DNA of 64,000 nucleotides from a virus (lineage: Duplodnaviria; Heunggongvirae; Uroviricota; Caudoviricetes). Location: the IMG/VR virus record IMGVR_UViG_3300006217_000018, positions 25,725 to 89,724 of that record; one strand, 5' to 3'. A program made the translations under genes and the position numbers. Shown here in pieces: positions 35,742 through 45,461 of the stretch (positions are counted from its first letter, which is position 1; each line of letters begins with the position of its first letter). Below the pieces are notes generated by a model. The model did no database searches. It had not been told where the DNA came from and saw only the letters and a program-made list of their open reading frames with translations.

Positions 35742-37565
35742 TTGGAAGAAAATAAGAAAATAAAATTAACAGTAAACGAATTATTTTCAGGAATAGGATG
35801 TCAAACAAGAGGATTTAGGGACTCAGGAGTATTTGACATTGAAGTAGTAAATACATCAGAAATAAGCAAAGAATCTGTGTTATCATATGCTGCTATCCAT
35901 TGTGGCTTGACGGATGGAATGGTTATTTCATATAAGGGGTATCCGTCCAAGGAAGAGATGGCTCAGCACTTAATGGATATAAATTTGGGCTATGATCCTG
36001 AGAAAGGCAAGAAGTCCGATTGGCTTAAATTAGTGAAGAGAAAGAAGAAGGATCTGGAGAAATATTGGTTGGCTTGTAAACTGACGCATAATTTAGGGGA
36101 TATAAGTAAAATTGAAGAATTGCCATATGCAGATTTATGGACATGTTCTTTTCCTTGCACGGATATCAGCGTTTGCGGAAAAATGAAAGGGTTAAATCCT
36201 GATAGTGGTACAAGAAGTAGCCTGCTATGGGAAAACATAAGATTGCTCAAGAAAGCAAAAGATAGTAATTCCCTTCCAAAATACATAATGTTTGAAAATG
36301 TCAAAAATCTTGTGAGTAAAAAATTTATCAATAATTTTAATGATTTGTTAGGAATATTAGATGGGTTGGGGTTTAATTCTTATTACTCGATAATCAACGG
36401 GAAAAATTGTGGAGTCCCGCAATCAAGAGAAAGGGTTTTTGTAATATCTATTAGGAAAGATATTGATAAAGGTAAATATGTATTTCCTAAACCATTCGAT
36501 ACTGGTATACGCCTAAAAGATATTTTAGAAAAAGAAGTTGATGAAAAATATTATTTACCAGACGAAAAAGTAAAAAAATTTCTAAAAACTATTGATTTAG
36601 AAAAAATTTTCAGGATTGATAATGAACTCCATCAAGTAGGGTATATCAATAATTATAACGGGGATGCAAATAGGGTGTATTCAGATAATATTAGCAGGAC
36701 GTTAAAATCCGAGGCCGGTGGAGGCGGTGCAAAAACTGGATGGTACTTAACAGAAAATAATATTTTGAAAGTTGGAGAGATTAATTCCTCGCAAGACGGA
36801 ATAGTCGTATCACCAGAAGGAATATCACCAACACATACGGCAGGACATGGTAATAATGCTAAAATCATATGTGGAATAGATAAAACAACCAACAACCCTA
36901 AGATAATTGAAAATGCAAATTGTATAACTGCAAGTGAAAATCGGGGATCAAGCAATAGGAAAAAAGAAGGAACGGCTGTTCTTGAAATTCCAGATATTAC
37001 GGTCTTAGTTTCAAATCAAGGGACTAAATCTGAGAAAGAAATAGATTTTGCATGTACATTACTTGCTAGAGATCATAAAGGATTTGGAAATCAACCAACA
37101 AATGCCGTGATTAACGGATTATATAAAACAATTAGAATCCGTAAATTAACTCCGAAAGAATGTTATAAACTCATGGGATTGACTTTCGAAGATTGTGATA
37201 AAGCTGCAGAAATAGGTATTGCGAATACACATCTATATAAACAAGCAGGGAATGGAATAATCACAAATTGCTGTGCGTTATTAGCGGAGCATTTATATAA
37301 GGCTCAATATGATGATACATATATATGTACCGATGAAAAACTCCAAGAAAGTTTTATTCAACAACATGTAGATGAGTCTATTTGTTGTGAACATAAATCA
37401 GCTATATTAGATGGTGTTGGTGCTGCTATGCGTGGAAGGTATAATTCAAATGAAGAAATAAAACAAAAAATAGAAATACGGAATGATGGATTGTCAAATG
37501 CCATCACCACAGCTCCAAAAGATAGTTTAGTTGTAGAAAATTTTCAGAAACTGCCAATGAATTGA
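35742..37565 (+). CDS. DNA (cytosine-5)-methyltransferase with an unusually long variable/TRD region (607 aa)
   Basis: motif I LFSGIGCQ, IV SFPCTDIS, VI MFENVKNL, VIII QSRERVFVIS, IX RVYSDNISRTLKSEAGGGG, X RKLTPKECYKLMGL...AGNGI in canonical order. Confidence 0.8.
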   Translation: MEENKKIKLTVNELFSGIGCQTRGFRDSGVFDIEVVNTSEISKESVLSYAAIHCGLTDGMVISYKGYPSKEEMAQHLMDINLGYDPEKGKKSDWLKLVKRKKKDLEKYWLACKLTHNLGDISKIEELPYADLWTCSFPCTDISVCGKMKGLNPDSGTRSSLLWENIRLLKKAKDSNSLPKYIMFENVKNLVSKKFINNFNDLLGILDGLGFNSYYSIINGKNCGVPQSRERVFVISIRKDIDKGKYVFPKPFDTGIRLKDILEKEVDEKYYLPDEKVKKFLKTIDLEKIFRIDNELHQVGYINNYNGDANRVYSDNISRTLKSEAGGGGAKTGWYLTENNILKVGEINSSQDGIVVSPEGISPTHTAGHGNNAKIICGIDKTTNNPKIIENANCITASENRGSSNRKKEGTAVLEIPDITVLVSNQGTKSEKEIDFACTLLARDHKGFGNQPTNAVINGLYKTIRIRKLTPKECYKLMGLTFEDCDKAAEIGIANTHLYKQAGNGIITNCCALLAEHLYKAQYDDTYICTDEKLQESFIQQHVDESICCEHKSAILDGVGAAMRGRYNSNEEIKQKIEIRNDGLSNAITTAPKDSLVVENFQKLPMN

Positions 37566-37744
37566 TATTTGTTGGCGGGATAGAAAGCAATAAGTGGTTG
37601 GACAATGGGAAGGATTTGTCCAGAAATTATAAACAAGGATATCGTGTGTATGATTCTGATGGAATTGCCTGTGCGTTAACTACACAAGGAGGAGGATTGG
37701 GAGGATATTCAGGTTTGTATTTGATTAAAAACAATAATTTTTAA
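37562..37744 (+). pseudogene. orphan second copy of a C5-MTase motif-IX segment (possible remnant of a second target-recognition module)
   Basis: QGYRVYDSDGIACALTTQGGG parallels the RVYSDNISRTLKSEAGGGG stretch inside the upstream MTase. Confidence 0.35.
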
Positions 37745-37780
37745 AATTAATTATAAATAAAAGAAAATGGAGGAATAGAT

Positions 37781-38311
37781 ATGCAAGAAAATAATTTAAA
37801 CACTCTAAAAGAAACATCAAGATTTGCACCGGCATCGGCTTGTAATGCGTGGAATAAGTTGGTTGGAATAGAACCTATGCCTATTAAAATCACTTTAGAA
37901 AAACTAAGAATAAATATATCAGATGTAAAAATTATTGTTCCTAACAAGGTAGTGGAAGTGACTTTTGCTGATGGGACAAAAGAGAAGGCAGTGTGCGATA
38001 AGACAGATAAATTTAGTTTGGAAATGGCGATTTCTATTTGTATCTCTAAGAAAATTATGGGCGGTACTAATGCTTATAACAAGGCCGTTAGGCAGGGCCT
38101 AAAAGTATACAATAAAAAGATTGAAGAAAGAAACGAAGAAAAGAAGAAGCAGGAAATTATTGAAAGAAAGCGAAAGAAAAAGCGTATTCAAAAAGAAAGA
38201 AGATTAGCTAGAAAAGCCGCTATTGAAAAGGAAAAGCAGATTGAGATTCAAAAAGAAGCGTATATTAGGGCAATGGAATATCTGGAAGAAAAGAAAAATC
38301 AAAATCAGTAA
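37781..38311 (+). CDS. hypothetical protein with Lys/Arg/Glu-rich C-terminal tail
   Basis: 176 aa; KKIEERNEEKKKQEIIERKRKKKRIQKERR. Confidence 0.4.
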   Translation: MQENNLNTLKETSRFAPASACNAWNKLVGIEPMPIKITLEKLRINISDVKIIVPNKVVEVTFADGTKEKAVCDKTDKFSLEMAISICISKKIMGGTNAYNKAVRQGLKVYNKKIEERNEEKKKQEIIERKRKKKRIQKERRLARKAAIEKEKQIEIQKEAYIRAMEYLEEKKNQNQ

Positions 38312-38439
38312 AATCAATTACATAACAAAGGAATGAGTGATAGGTAAAACTGAGGGGCATTACGCCCCTTGGTTTACAGGAGGGTTTTAGTATTATATGA
38401 GGATTGAAAAAATGGTTTCTTAATTGCTTACGCGTACAT

Positions 38440-39188
38440 TCATATATAGATTTTGGTGATTATAATTTTATATTCTGTTGGATGCCTTATGTCAGTTTAT
38501 CGGCAAAGGAAGAAGGGGTCTGATAAATGGAGAGAAGCAAACATGATTATAATAAGGATAAATATTCATGATGACTTTGATGTGGGTTTATATTATAAGA
38601 CAGATGACGAGCATTTTTTATGATTTTCCATGAACTAATTTTGATTCTTGGCTGAGATGGGATGATGAAAAGGCATACAATAGTTTTGGTAATGGATCTG
38701 CTATGAGGTGTTCATATATTGGAGAATATTTTGATACAGAAAAAGAAGTAATAGAATGGGCAACAAAATCAGCAAATTGTACACATAATCATCCTGAAGG
38801 AATCAAAGGAGCTGTCGCAACTTCTATGTGCATTTTCATGGCAAAGACAGGAGCGTCCAAGACGGATATATCCAATTATGCGAAAAAACAATATCCAGTT
38901 GAGTCTTATAAATACAGTGTTGAGTATGGATTAGATGAATATAGAGAAGTGTATAGATGGGATGCTACTTGCCAAGGGAGTGTGCCAGTAGCAATTAGAT
39001 GTTTTTTGGACAGTGAAGACTATGAGTCCTTTTTGCGGAATGTTTATTCACTTCCTTGTGACATGGATACCTTGTGTGCTATTGGTGGTGGGATTGCAGA
39101 AGAATTTTATCATGGTACTGGTTTTGACGAGGAACAGATTTTAAGAAAATATTTAGATGAAGATTTATATAAGATTGCGAGAATGTAG
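38440..39188 (+). pseudogene. ADP-ribosylglycohydrolase (ARH/DraG family), frameshifted or truncated N-terminus
   Basis: intact ORF 38703-39188 carries ARH C-terminal motifs (CTHNHPEG); upstream FGNGSAMR (ARH GNGAAMR) lies in frame but behind a TGA; further upstream YYKTDDEHFL (ARH TDDT-like) in the same frame before its own TGA. Confidence 0.45.
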
Positions 39189-39334
39189 GATGATAGGGGA
39201 AAAGATATGGAAGATATCAATATTATTATCAGAAACGCTTTTGGAAGGGAAATCAAAGCAAGTACAGAACAGATTGAAGAAGATGTGCTACAGATGAGGA
39301 TGGGATTAAAACTACAAAAACAGGATGGGGAATA

Positions 39335-39751
39335 ATGAAAGAATTAAGAGTAGTAATTGCTGGTAGTAGAGATTTTGACGATTTGCCAAAACTTATAAGT
39401 AGCTGTGCGAATATATTATCAGATATTATAAATAGAAGAAATGATTTGGACAAGATTAGGGTTGTCAGTGGTACAGCTAAAGGAGCAGATCAATTAGGAG
39501 AACAATATGCAAAGATTGCCGGATATGAAGTAACAAAATTCTATCCTGACTGGAATGGATTAGGGAAGAAGGCAGGCTATGTAAGAAATACAGAAATGGC
39601 GAAATATGCTGTGGCGAATGGAAATTATGGCGTGTTAATTGCGTTTTGGGATGGCAAAAGCAAAGGTACAAAACACATGATTGATTTGGCAAAAAAGAAC
39701 AATCTGGAAGTATATATTGTGAGGTTTGATGATGAAGAAATTAGAGAATAG
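39335..39751 (+). CDS. DUF2493 / SLOG-family (DprA/LOG-like Rossmann) protein
   Basis: VVIAGSRDF...VVSGTAKGADQLGEQYA...LIAFWDGKSKGTKHMI pattern. Confidence 0.5.
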   Translation: MKELRVVIAGSRDFDDLPKLISSCANILSDIINRRNDLDKIRVVSGTAKGADQLGEQYAKIAGYEVTKFYPDWNGLGKKAGYVRNTEMAKYAVANGNYGVLIAFWDGKSKGTKHMIDLAKKNNLEVYIVRFDDEEIRE

Positions 39752-40385
39752 TACATTGCAGAAATTTTTAGATAATTTTGTTGAGCATTTAAAATATGAA
39801 AATGAAAATAGAAAACTATATAACGAAAAAGAAATAGATATCCCTTTTATTATTTCAAGCTTATACCAGAGTTTTCATAAAGAAATAAGCAAATACAGTG
39901 ATTTTATCAGTGATCTAGAGCATTCTACAGACTACTGGTTTGATATTTCGGATGGTAAAAAAGAATGTGAATGTAATGGGATTATTGATGTTGATATAAT
40001 TTTGAAGATAAGTCATGACTATCAATTGCAATTTACATATGATACAAGGAATTATGGTTATTGCGAGTGTACACCAGATATGGCAGATTATAGAAAAGAC
40101 AAGGATTGCTGCGGGCATGGATGCGATGCAGATTTTTGTAGATTTTCTCTACACAAAGTTTTACATATCGTTTCTGGTTCTTGGCAAGGTGATGAGCATG
40201 ATTATTGGGATTTTGAAGATGAATTCTATAAGAGCGATAAAGAACTTGCAGAGAAAAAAGAAAGGGAAGATAAAGAAAAAGAAATTAAGGAATTAAAAAG
40301 TAGAATTGAAACGGCTCAGAAACGATTGAATGAACTAGGAATGGAAACAAAATTGATGCAGGTGCGCCATATGAAGACGTTATAG
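39726..40385 (+). CDS. hypothetical Cys/His-containing protein
   Basis: 219 aa. Confidence 0.4.
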   Translation: MMMKKLENSTLQKFLDNFVEHLKYENENRKLYNEKEIDIPFIISSLYQSFHKEISKYSDFISDLEHSTDYWFDISDGKKECECNGIIDVDIILKISHDYQLQFTYDTRNYGYCECTPDMADYRKDKDCCGHGCDADFCRFSLHKVLHIVSGSWQGDEHDYWDFEDEFYKSDKELAEKKEREDKEKEIKELKSRIETAQKRLNELGMETKLMQVRHMKTL

Positions 40386-40446
40386 AATTATTAGAAAGAG
40401 AACAGACTTATCCATAATCTGGCAAAGAAGAATTTGAGGGTAAAAA

Positions 40447-41472
40447 ATGAACATTGGGCAAATAAAAGAAAAAATAAAATCAGATGAGTATGCTTTTTTG
40501 AAGAAAGATAAAAATTTAGGTAGCAATATTATTCTTTTAACAGTAGGAGGAAGCCATGCTTATGGGATGGAAAAGGAAGGGTCTGATTTGGATGTAAGAG
40601 GGATTGCGTTAAATTCTAAGAAAGATATCCTATTGGGGACTGATTTTGGGCAGGTTGTAGATACAGAAACAGATACCGTGATGTATTCATTTAATAAAAT
40701 GATTGAGCTACTTACAAAATGCAACCCTAATGTAATCGAATGTTTGGGTTCCCTTCCGGAACATTATCTATATTTATCTGATATTGGGAAAGAACTTCTA
40801 GGTAACAAAAGAATGTTTCTTTCCAAAATCTGCATCCATACATTCGGCGGGTATGCCCAGTCCCAGCTCCGTAGGTTGGGCAATAAATCGGCCAGGTTAG
40901 TAGGGCAGGCACAAAATGAAGCATATATCCTTAAAAGCATAAAAAATGCGAAGTATGATTTTAAGAATAGGTATTACCCGCAAAGCAACAGCAGGGTGAA
41001 ACTTTATATTGATAAATCAGAACATGAAGGGTACGATAGTGAAATTTTCATTGATGCAAGGTTAAGGCATTATCCGTTGAGGGACTGGGCAGGAATGTGT
41101 AACGAGATGAAGGCCATTGTAAGCAGTTATAATAAAATTGGGAAGCGAAATGAAAAAGCGATATCACATGATAAATTAGGGAAACATTCAGCACATTTGA
41201 TCCGGCTTTACATGATGTGCATTGACATTCTCGAAAAAGAAGAAATCATCACATATAGAGCAGACGAGCATGATTTACTTATGAGAATTAGGAATGGTGA
41301 ATTTCTTGATGAGAATAGGCAGCCTACATCTGCGTTTTATGATTTACTGGATGGGTATGAGAAGAAGTTTGAATATGCAAAAAACAACACATCTCTTCCA
41401 GATTTTCCAGACTATAAGAAAATCAATGAGTTCAAAATGTATGTAAATGAGCGAATTGTGAAAGGAGTTTAA
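40447..41472 (+). CDS. pol-beta-superfamily nucleotidyltransferase
   Basis: LLTVGGSHAYGMEKEGSDLDVRGI is the G[GS]-x9-13-DxD minimal NTase motif; 341 aa with a helical C-terminal domain. Confidence 0.55.
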   Translation: MNIGQIKEKIKSDEYAFLKKDKNLGSNIILLTVGGSHAYGMEKEGSDLDVRGIALNSKKDILLGTDFGQVVDTETDTVMYSFNKMIELLTKCNPNVIECLGSLPEHYLYLSDIGKELLGNKRMFLSKICIHTFGGYAQSQLRRLGNKSARLVGQAQNEAYILKSIKNAKYDFKNRYYPQSNSRVKLYIDKSEHEGYDSEIFIDARLRHYPLRDWAGMCNEMKAIVSSYNKIGKRNEKAISHDKLGKHSAHLIRLYMMCIDILEKEEIITYRADEHDLLMRIRNGEFLDENRQPTSAFYDLLDGYEKKFEYAKNNTSLPDFPDYKKINEFKMYVNERIVKGV

Positions 41473-41473
41473 T

Positions 41474-42442
41474 GTGGAAGTTTCTCTCAAGGCTAAAGAA
41501 AGATTTTGCAAAGATTGCAACATTCCAATTAGGTTGTTCCAAGAACCATATTTTTTAGACAGAATATTGCTATATGACAGATTTTACGGGACTTCTAAAA
41601 AATGGCGTAAATATTTGAACGAAATGCAGAAATATAGGTGTGAACAGGATTATTTTGAAGAATATAACAGTATAAAAGATAATGCTATTTCAAGAATTAA
41701 AAATACTGAAGCATATCAAGACTTTAATAATGAGGACATGAATAAGTTTACCGTTTCCCATATGGGGCTGCCAAACAAGGATATATTTAAAGAATCTAAT
41801 GACGGGAAATTTTTTATTAGCATAGATATGAGAAAGGCAAATTTTTCGTCATTATATCATTACAGTCAGGATATTTTTGGCAAGGCAAAAACTTGGGAGG
41901 AGTTTATTGAGAATTTCACAGACAATAGGCATATTATTGAAAGTAAGTATATTAGGCAGGTCATTTTAGGGAACTGTAATCCGAAGAGACACATTACATA
42001 TGAAAAATACATTATGGATGGAGTTTTATCATATTTAGAAGAGACGATTATTTCAACAAAAAGAGTTGTATTTTTTTCTAATGATGAAATTGTGATTGAT
42101 GTATCAGATATGGATAAAGAGAAAAGGAAATGGCTTGTGTGTGAAATTTCTTTTGGTATGGAAAACATGCCTATTCCATTAAAAACAGAGTTATTTTCGC
42201 TCCATAAGATTTTTGGGACTGACGGATACTGCAAAGAAATCATAAGGCATGACAAAAATAATAAAATTGAGTTCAAATGTTTAGATAATTATATGCTGCC
42301 ATTTGTAATGAGAAAGTTTTTAGGTGAAGAAATTACTGATAATGACAAGGTATTTTATCACGAAGGGTTGCTTTCGAAATTTATTGAGATACCTAAAATA
42401 GAAGTGAATATGGATGTAAAAACTTTGAAGGACATAGTATAA
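41474..42442 (+). CDS. hypothetical protein coupled to the nucleotidyltransferase
   Basis: 322 aa; start 2 nt after the upstream stop. Confidence 0.4.
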   Translation: MEVSLKAKERFCKDCNIPIRLFQEPYFLDRILLYDRFYGTSKKWRKYLNEMQKYRCEQDYFEEYNSIKDNAISRIKNTEAYQDFNNEDMNKFTVSHMGLPNKDIFKESNDGKFFISIDMRKANFSSLYHYSQDIFGKAKTWEEFIENFTDNRHIIESKYIRQVILGNCNPKRHITYEKYIMDGVLSYLEETIISTKRVVFFSNDEIVIDVSDMDKEKRKWLVCEISFGMENMPIPLKTELFSLHKIFGTDGYCKEIIRHDKNNKIEFKCLDNYMLPFVMRKFLGEEITDNDKVFYHEGLLSKFIEIPKIEVNMDVKTLKDIV

Positions 42443-42848
42443 GAAAGTAAAAAATTATTATTTTGGAGGAAAAATGTTTGGACATTTTAAGAGATTTAAA
42501 AGAACTTATGTATGATGATAGAGAACACCATTTAAAAGTGGAAGTATCTTATGAGGGTGTTAAGATATACTTAGATTATGACCCAAATCAAGAGCATAGG
42601 AAGGCTTGTATTATTCCAATTTTTTATGAAGCATCAGAAGATCTCATATATTCCAGATAATGAATTGAAAGATGGGTTCAGGACGCAAGAATTTGGGATT
42701 ACATTGGGAGAGATTGTTTTAATTAAAAGAATCATGGAATATCTGGAAATCCATAAGCCAGAAATATATGAAATTTGTTATGGGTATAACTGCGAAGATA
42801 GAAGAAATGTAGAATAATTATCTAAATTGATAGGGAGGGATATGGGTA

Positions 42849-43556
42849 ATGGGAAGAAAAGCACTAACAAATCGGTTTAGGGGACTGAGATTTAATTATA
42901 GGGTTCAAAAAAGGACAGAAGCCCTCATGGATAAATTTCCAACGATAATAGATTTTTTGGAAACTGATTTCCCCAAAAATAATAACTCATTGTCTCCTAC
43001 ATACGATACTGAAATTTTTAATGTGACTTGGAATTGGTATGTTGCTGACATAAATAAAAATGTAAAAACCATTTCAGATTTGAAGAAAATCCTATTAGGA
43101 GAATGCTTAATTACAAGCAATAATATTACTGTTGGTAATCCACATAAAAGTAAGAAAACACATCAGAAATATGAAAGAAAATCAATCCATTCTATAGATG
43201 AAATAAGAGAATTAACGAAAGATGTGTTATTTGAAAAATTTAAGCAAAATGCAAAAGTAGAGTTAGATGGAGATTTGATAAAAGGGAATTCTAAAAGATA
43301 TCAATTGTTTTTTACAAAAGGGATGAAATGTGTATCCTGTGGAATTGAGGGGAAATATTTTGCGAAAGAAAGAACAGAAGGTGATATATCGTATCATTTG
43401 AACTTATATGGTATAGATAATAACGGAAATGAAGTGTTAATGACAAAAGACCATATAATCCCAACGAGCAAAGGCGGGAAAAATAAATTGGAAAATTTTC
43501 AGACAATGTGTGTTTGTTGTAACCAAGAAAAAGGAAATACAGTTTATATTCGTTAA
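42849..43556 (+). CDS. HNH endonuclease
   Basis: C-terminal CVSCG...TKDHIIPTSKGGKNKLENFQTMCVCCNQEKGN is the HNH motif with flanking Cys pairs. Confidence 0.7.
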   Translation: MGRKALTNRFRGLRFNYRVQKRTEALMDKFPTIIDFLETDFPKNNNSLSPTYDTEIFNVTWNWYVADINKNVKTISDLKKILLGECLITSNNITVGNPHKSKKTHQKYERKSIHSIDEIRELTKDVLFEKFKQNAKVELDGDLIKGNSKRYQLFFTKGMKCVSCGIEGKYFAKERTEGDISYHLNLYGIDNNGNEVLMTKDHIIPTSKGGKNKLENFQTMCVCCNQEKGNTVYIR

Positions 43557-43661
43557 TCCGAAGTAGGCTACCAGGCTAAGATAACGTAAACAATCAAGTT
43601 TCATAAGTACTAGTGAAGCGAATGAAACAATAGTTGCAATATCTGCTACTATAGGCAACAC
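43437..43661 (-). CDS. small hydrophobic minus-strand protein (TTG start behind a strong RBS)
   Basis: AAAGGAGGTG RBS on the minus strand then TTG; MLPIVADIATIVSFASLVLM hydrophobic N-terminus. Confidence 0.3.
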   Translation of the reverse strand: MLPIVADIATIVSFASLVLMKLDCLRYLSLVAYFGLTNINCISFFLVTTNTHCLKIFQFIFPAFARWDYMVFCH

Positions 43662-43791
43662 CTCCTTTACGAATAGTGAATAAAATGTCCCATGATGCTA
43701 TCACTATCTCTATTTGGATCTTTGCCTGGTGTCTACCAAGGGACAAAAACAGTATATAATATAGATAAAGTCAAGAAAATGGAGGGGAATT

Positions 43792-44070
43792 ATGGGTATG
43801 TATTCTTATATACAGGGATTAAAACCAAAAACAGAAGAATATGAAAAGAAATTACATATTTGGAAAGCATGTGAAGAAATTGGCATATCTCAACCTAAAG
43901 AACTATTAAGTTTCTTTGATGGAGAAATATGCGAAGATGGAATTGTAGCGGAATTGCCAAAAGAAGCGATTAGAGAATACTCTGACGATAGCTGTAGAGA
44001 ATATTTTGAGGTAGATTTGACCAAAATTCCATCAGATATAACGAAAATCAGATTTCTGAATTCATATTAA
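43792..44070 (+). CDS. hypothetical protein
   Basis: 92 aa, RBS GGAGGGG. Confidence 0.4.
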   Translation: MGMYSYIQGLKPKTEEYEKKLHIWKACEEIGISQPKELLSFFDGEICEDGIVAELPKEAIREYSDDSCREYFEVDLTKIPSDITKIRFLNSY

Positions 44071-44121
44071 AAAAGAAAGGAAAAATCGGAAGTTCCTATA
44101 GGTGAAAAGTGCGCACGGCTT

Positions 44122-44418
44122 ATGATGGTAAGCGAAATGGAACAGAATATTATCAATGGGTATTGTGGATACATAACAACAATTAAAGAACTTAGAAAGC
44201 ATAGTAATGCAGATAGGTTGTTATGCGCAACAGTTTTTGGAAATAACGTAATCGTAGATTTATCGTATAAAGAAGGACAAAGAGTAGTCTATTTCCCTGT
44301 AGATGGGCAGTTAAGTGAAGAATTTGCCATTGAGAATAATCTTGTCAGGTTAAAAGATGAGATGGGAATAATGTTGGTGGTTATCTTGACCCCAACAAAA
44401 GGAATATTACTGCTTTAA
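44122..44418 (+). CDS. upstream ORF, possibly the N-terminal part of the RNA ligase gene
   Basis: 98-aa ORF ending 27 nt before the ligase ORF. Confidence 0.3.
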   Translation: MMVSEMEQNIINGYCGYITTIKELRKHSNADRLLCATVFGNNVIVDLSYKEGQRVVYFPVDGQLSEEFAIENNLVRLKDEMGIMLVVILTPTKGILLL

Positions 44419-44444
44419 AATTAAGGGGTGAGAAATCAGATGGA

Positions 44445-45461
44445 TTGGTATTGCCAATCGAAAGGTTGGGAAAATATGTGGATATTGAAACCTTATCTGA
44501 CGGTGATAAAGTTTCTGTCCTGAATGGACATGAGATTTGCAGGAAGTATATTCCAAAGACAAATAGAAGAAGTAATGCCACACACGATAACAAGAAAAAG
44601 AAGAGAAAAGATGAAAAGGAAATAATTTCGTATCCATTCTTTAAAGAACATAGCGACACAGAGCAACTTGCATATAATAAAAATGCATTCAAGCCAGGAG
44701 ATACTTGCTATATAACGCTGAAGATGCATGGAACATCGAATCGCACGGCGAATGCTATTGAGGTGAAAAAAAGAAAAAGAAATCTTTTCCTAAAAAAAGT
44801 ATTCAAACTGAATGATAAAGAAATTCGTAAGTTTAAGATTGTTAGCGGAACTAGAAGGAAAGTTTTAAAAGATTATAATGGTGGATTTTATGGGAGTAAT
44901 AAATTCAGGGAAAAATATCAGAATTTCTTCAAAGACAAGCTTCCCAAGGGAGTAGAAATATTCTATGAAATTGTTGGGTATACAGAAGGCGACCAAACAA
45001 TAATGGGAAGATGTTCCAATAAAAAAGTAAAAGATAAGGAATTTGAGAAGAAGTATGGGAAAGAAACGGTATTTTCATATGGATGTAAGCCAGGAGAAAA
45101 CGATATTTATGTGTATCGTATGACTATGACAGGAGAAGATGGGTTTACTGTAGAAATTCCATGGGAACAAGTTCAAATTGAATGTGAGAAATTAGGAGTT
45201 AAATGCGTTCCCACATTTGAAAAGTTTGTCTTTACTACATGGGAAGATTTAATGGAACGTGTAGAAAAATATTATGATGGGGAAGACCCGATTGGAAAGA
45301 CACATGTAAGGGAAGGTGTTGTAGTGAGGATTGACAATAGGGAAACATTTAAGGCATATAAACATAAAAATTTTAGCTTTAAAGTCCTTGAAGGAATTAT
45401 TAAAGACAGTGCAGATGCCCCAGATATGGAAGAAGCGGAGGAGTTGATTATAAATGAATGA
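44445..45461 (+). CDS. ATP-dependent RNA ligase, Rnl2-like (KxHGxN nucleotidyltransferase)
   Basis: motif I LKMHGTSN (T4 Rnl2 KIHGTN), III IFYEIVGY, IV EGVVVRID, V FKAYKHKNFSFK in order. Confidence 0.6.
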   Translation: MVLPIERLGKYVDIETLSDGDKVSVLNGHEICRKYIPKTNRRSNATHDNKKKKRKDEKEIISYPFFKEHSDTEQLAYNKNAFKPGDTCYITLKMHGTSNRTANAIEVKKRKRNLFLKKVFKLNDKEIRKFKIVSGTRRKVLKDYNGGFYGSNKFREKYQNFFKDKLPKGVEIFYEIVGYTEGDQTIMGRCSNKKVKDKEFEKKYGKETVFSYGCKPGENDIYVYRMTMTGEDGFTVEIPWEQVQIECEKLGVKCVPTFEKFVFTTWEDLMERVEKYYDGEDPIGKTHVREGVVVRIDNRETFKAYKHKNFSFKVLEGIIKDSADAPDMEEAEELIINE

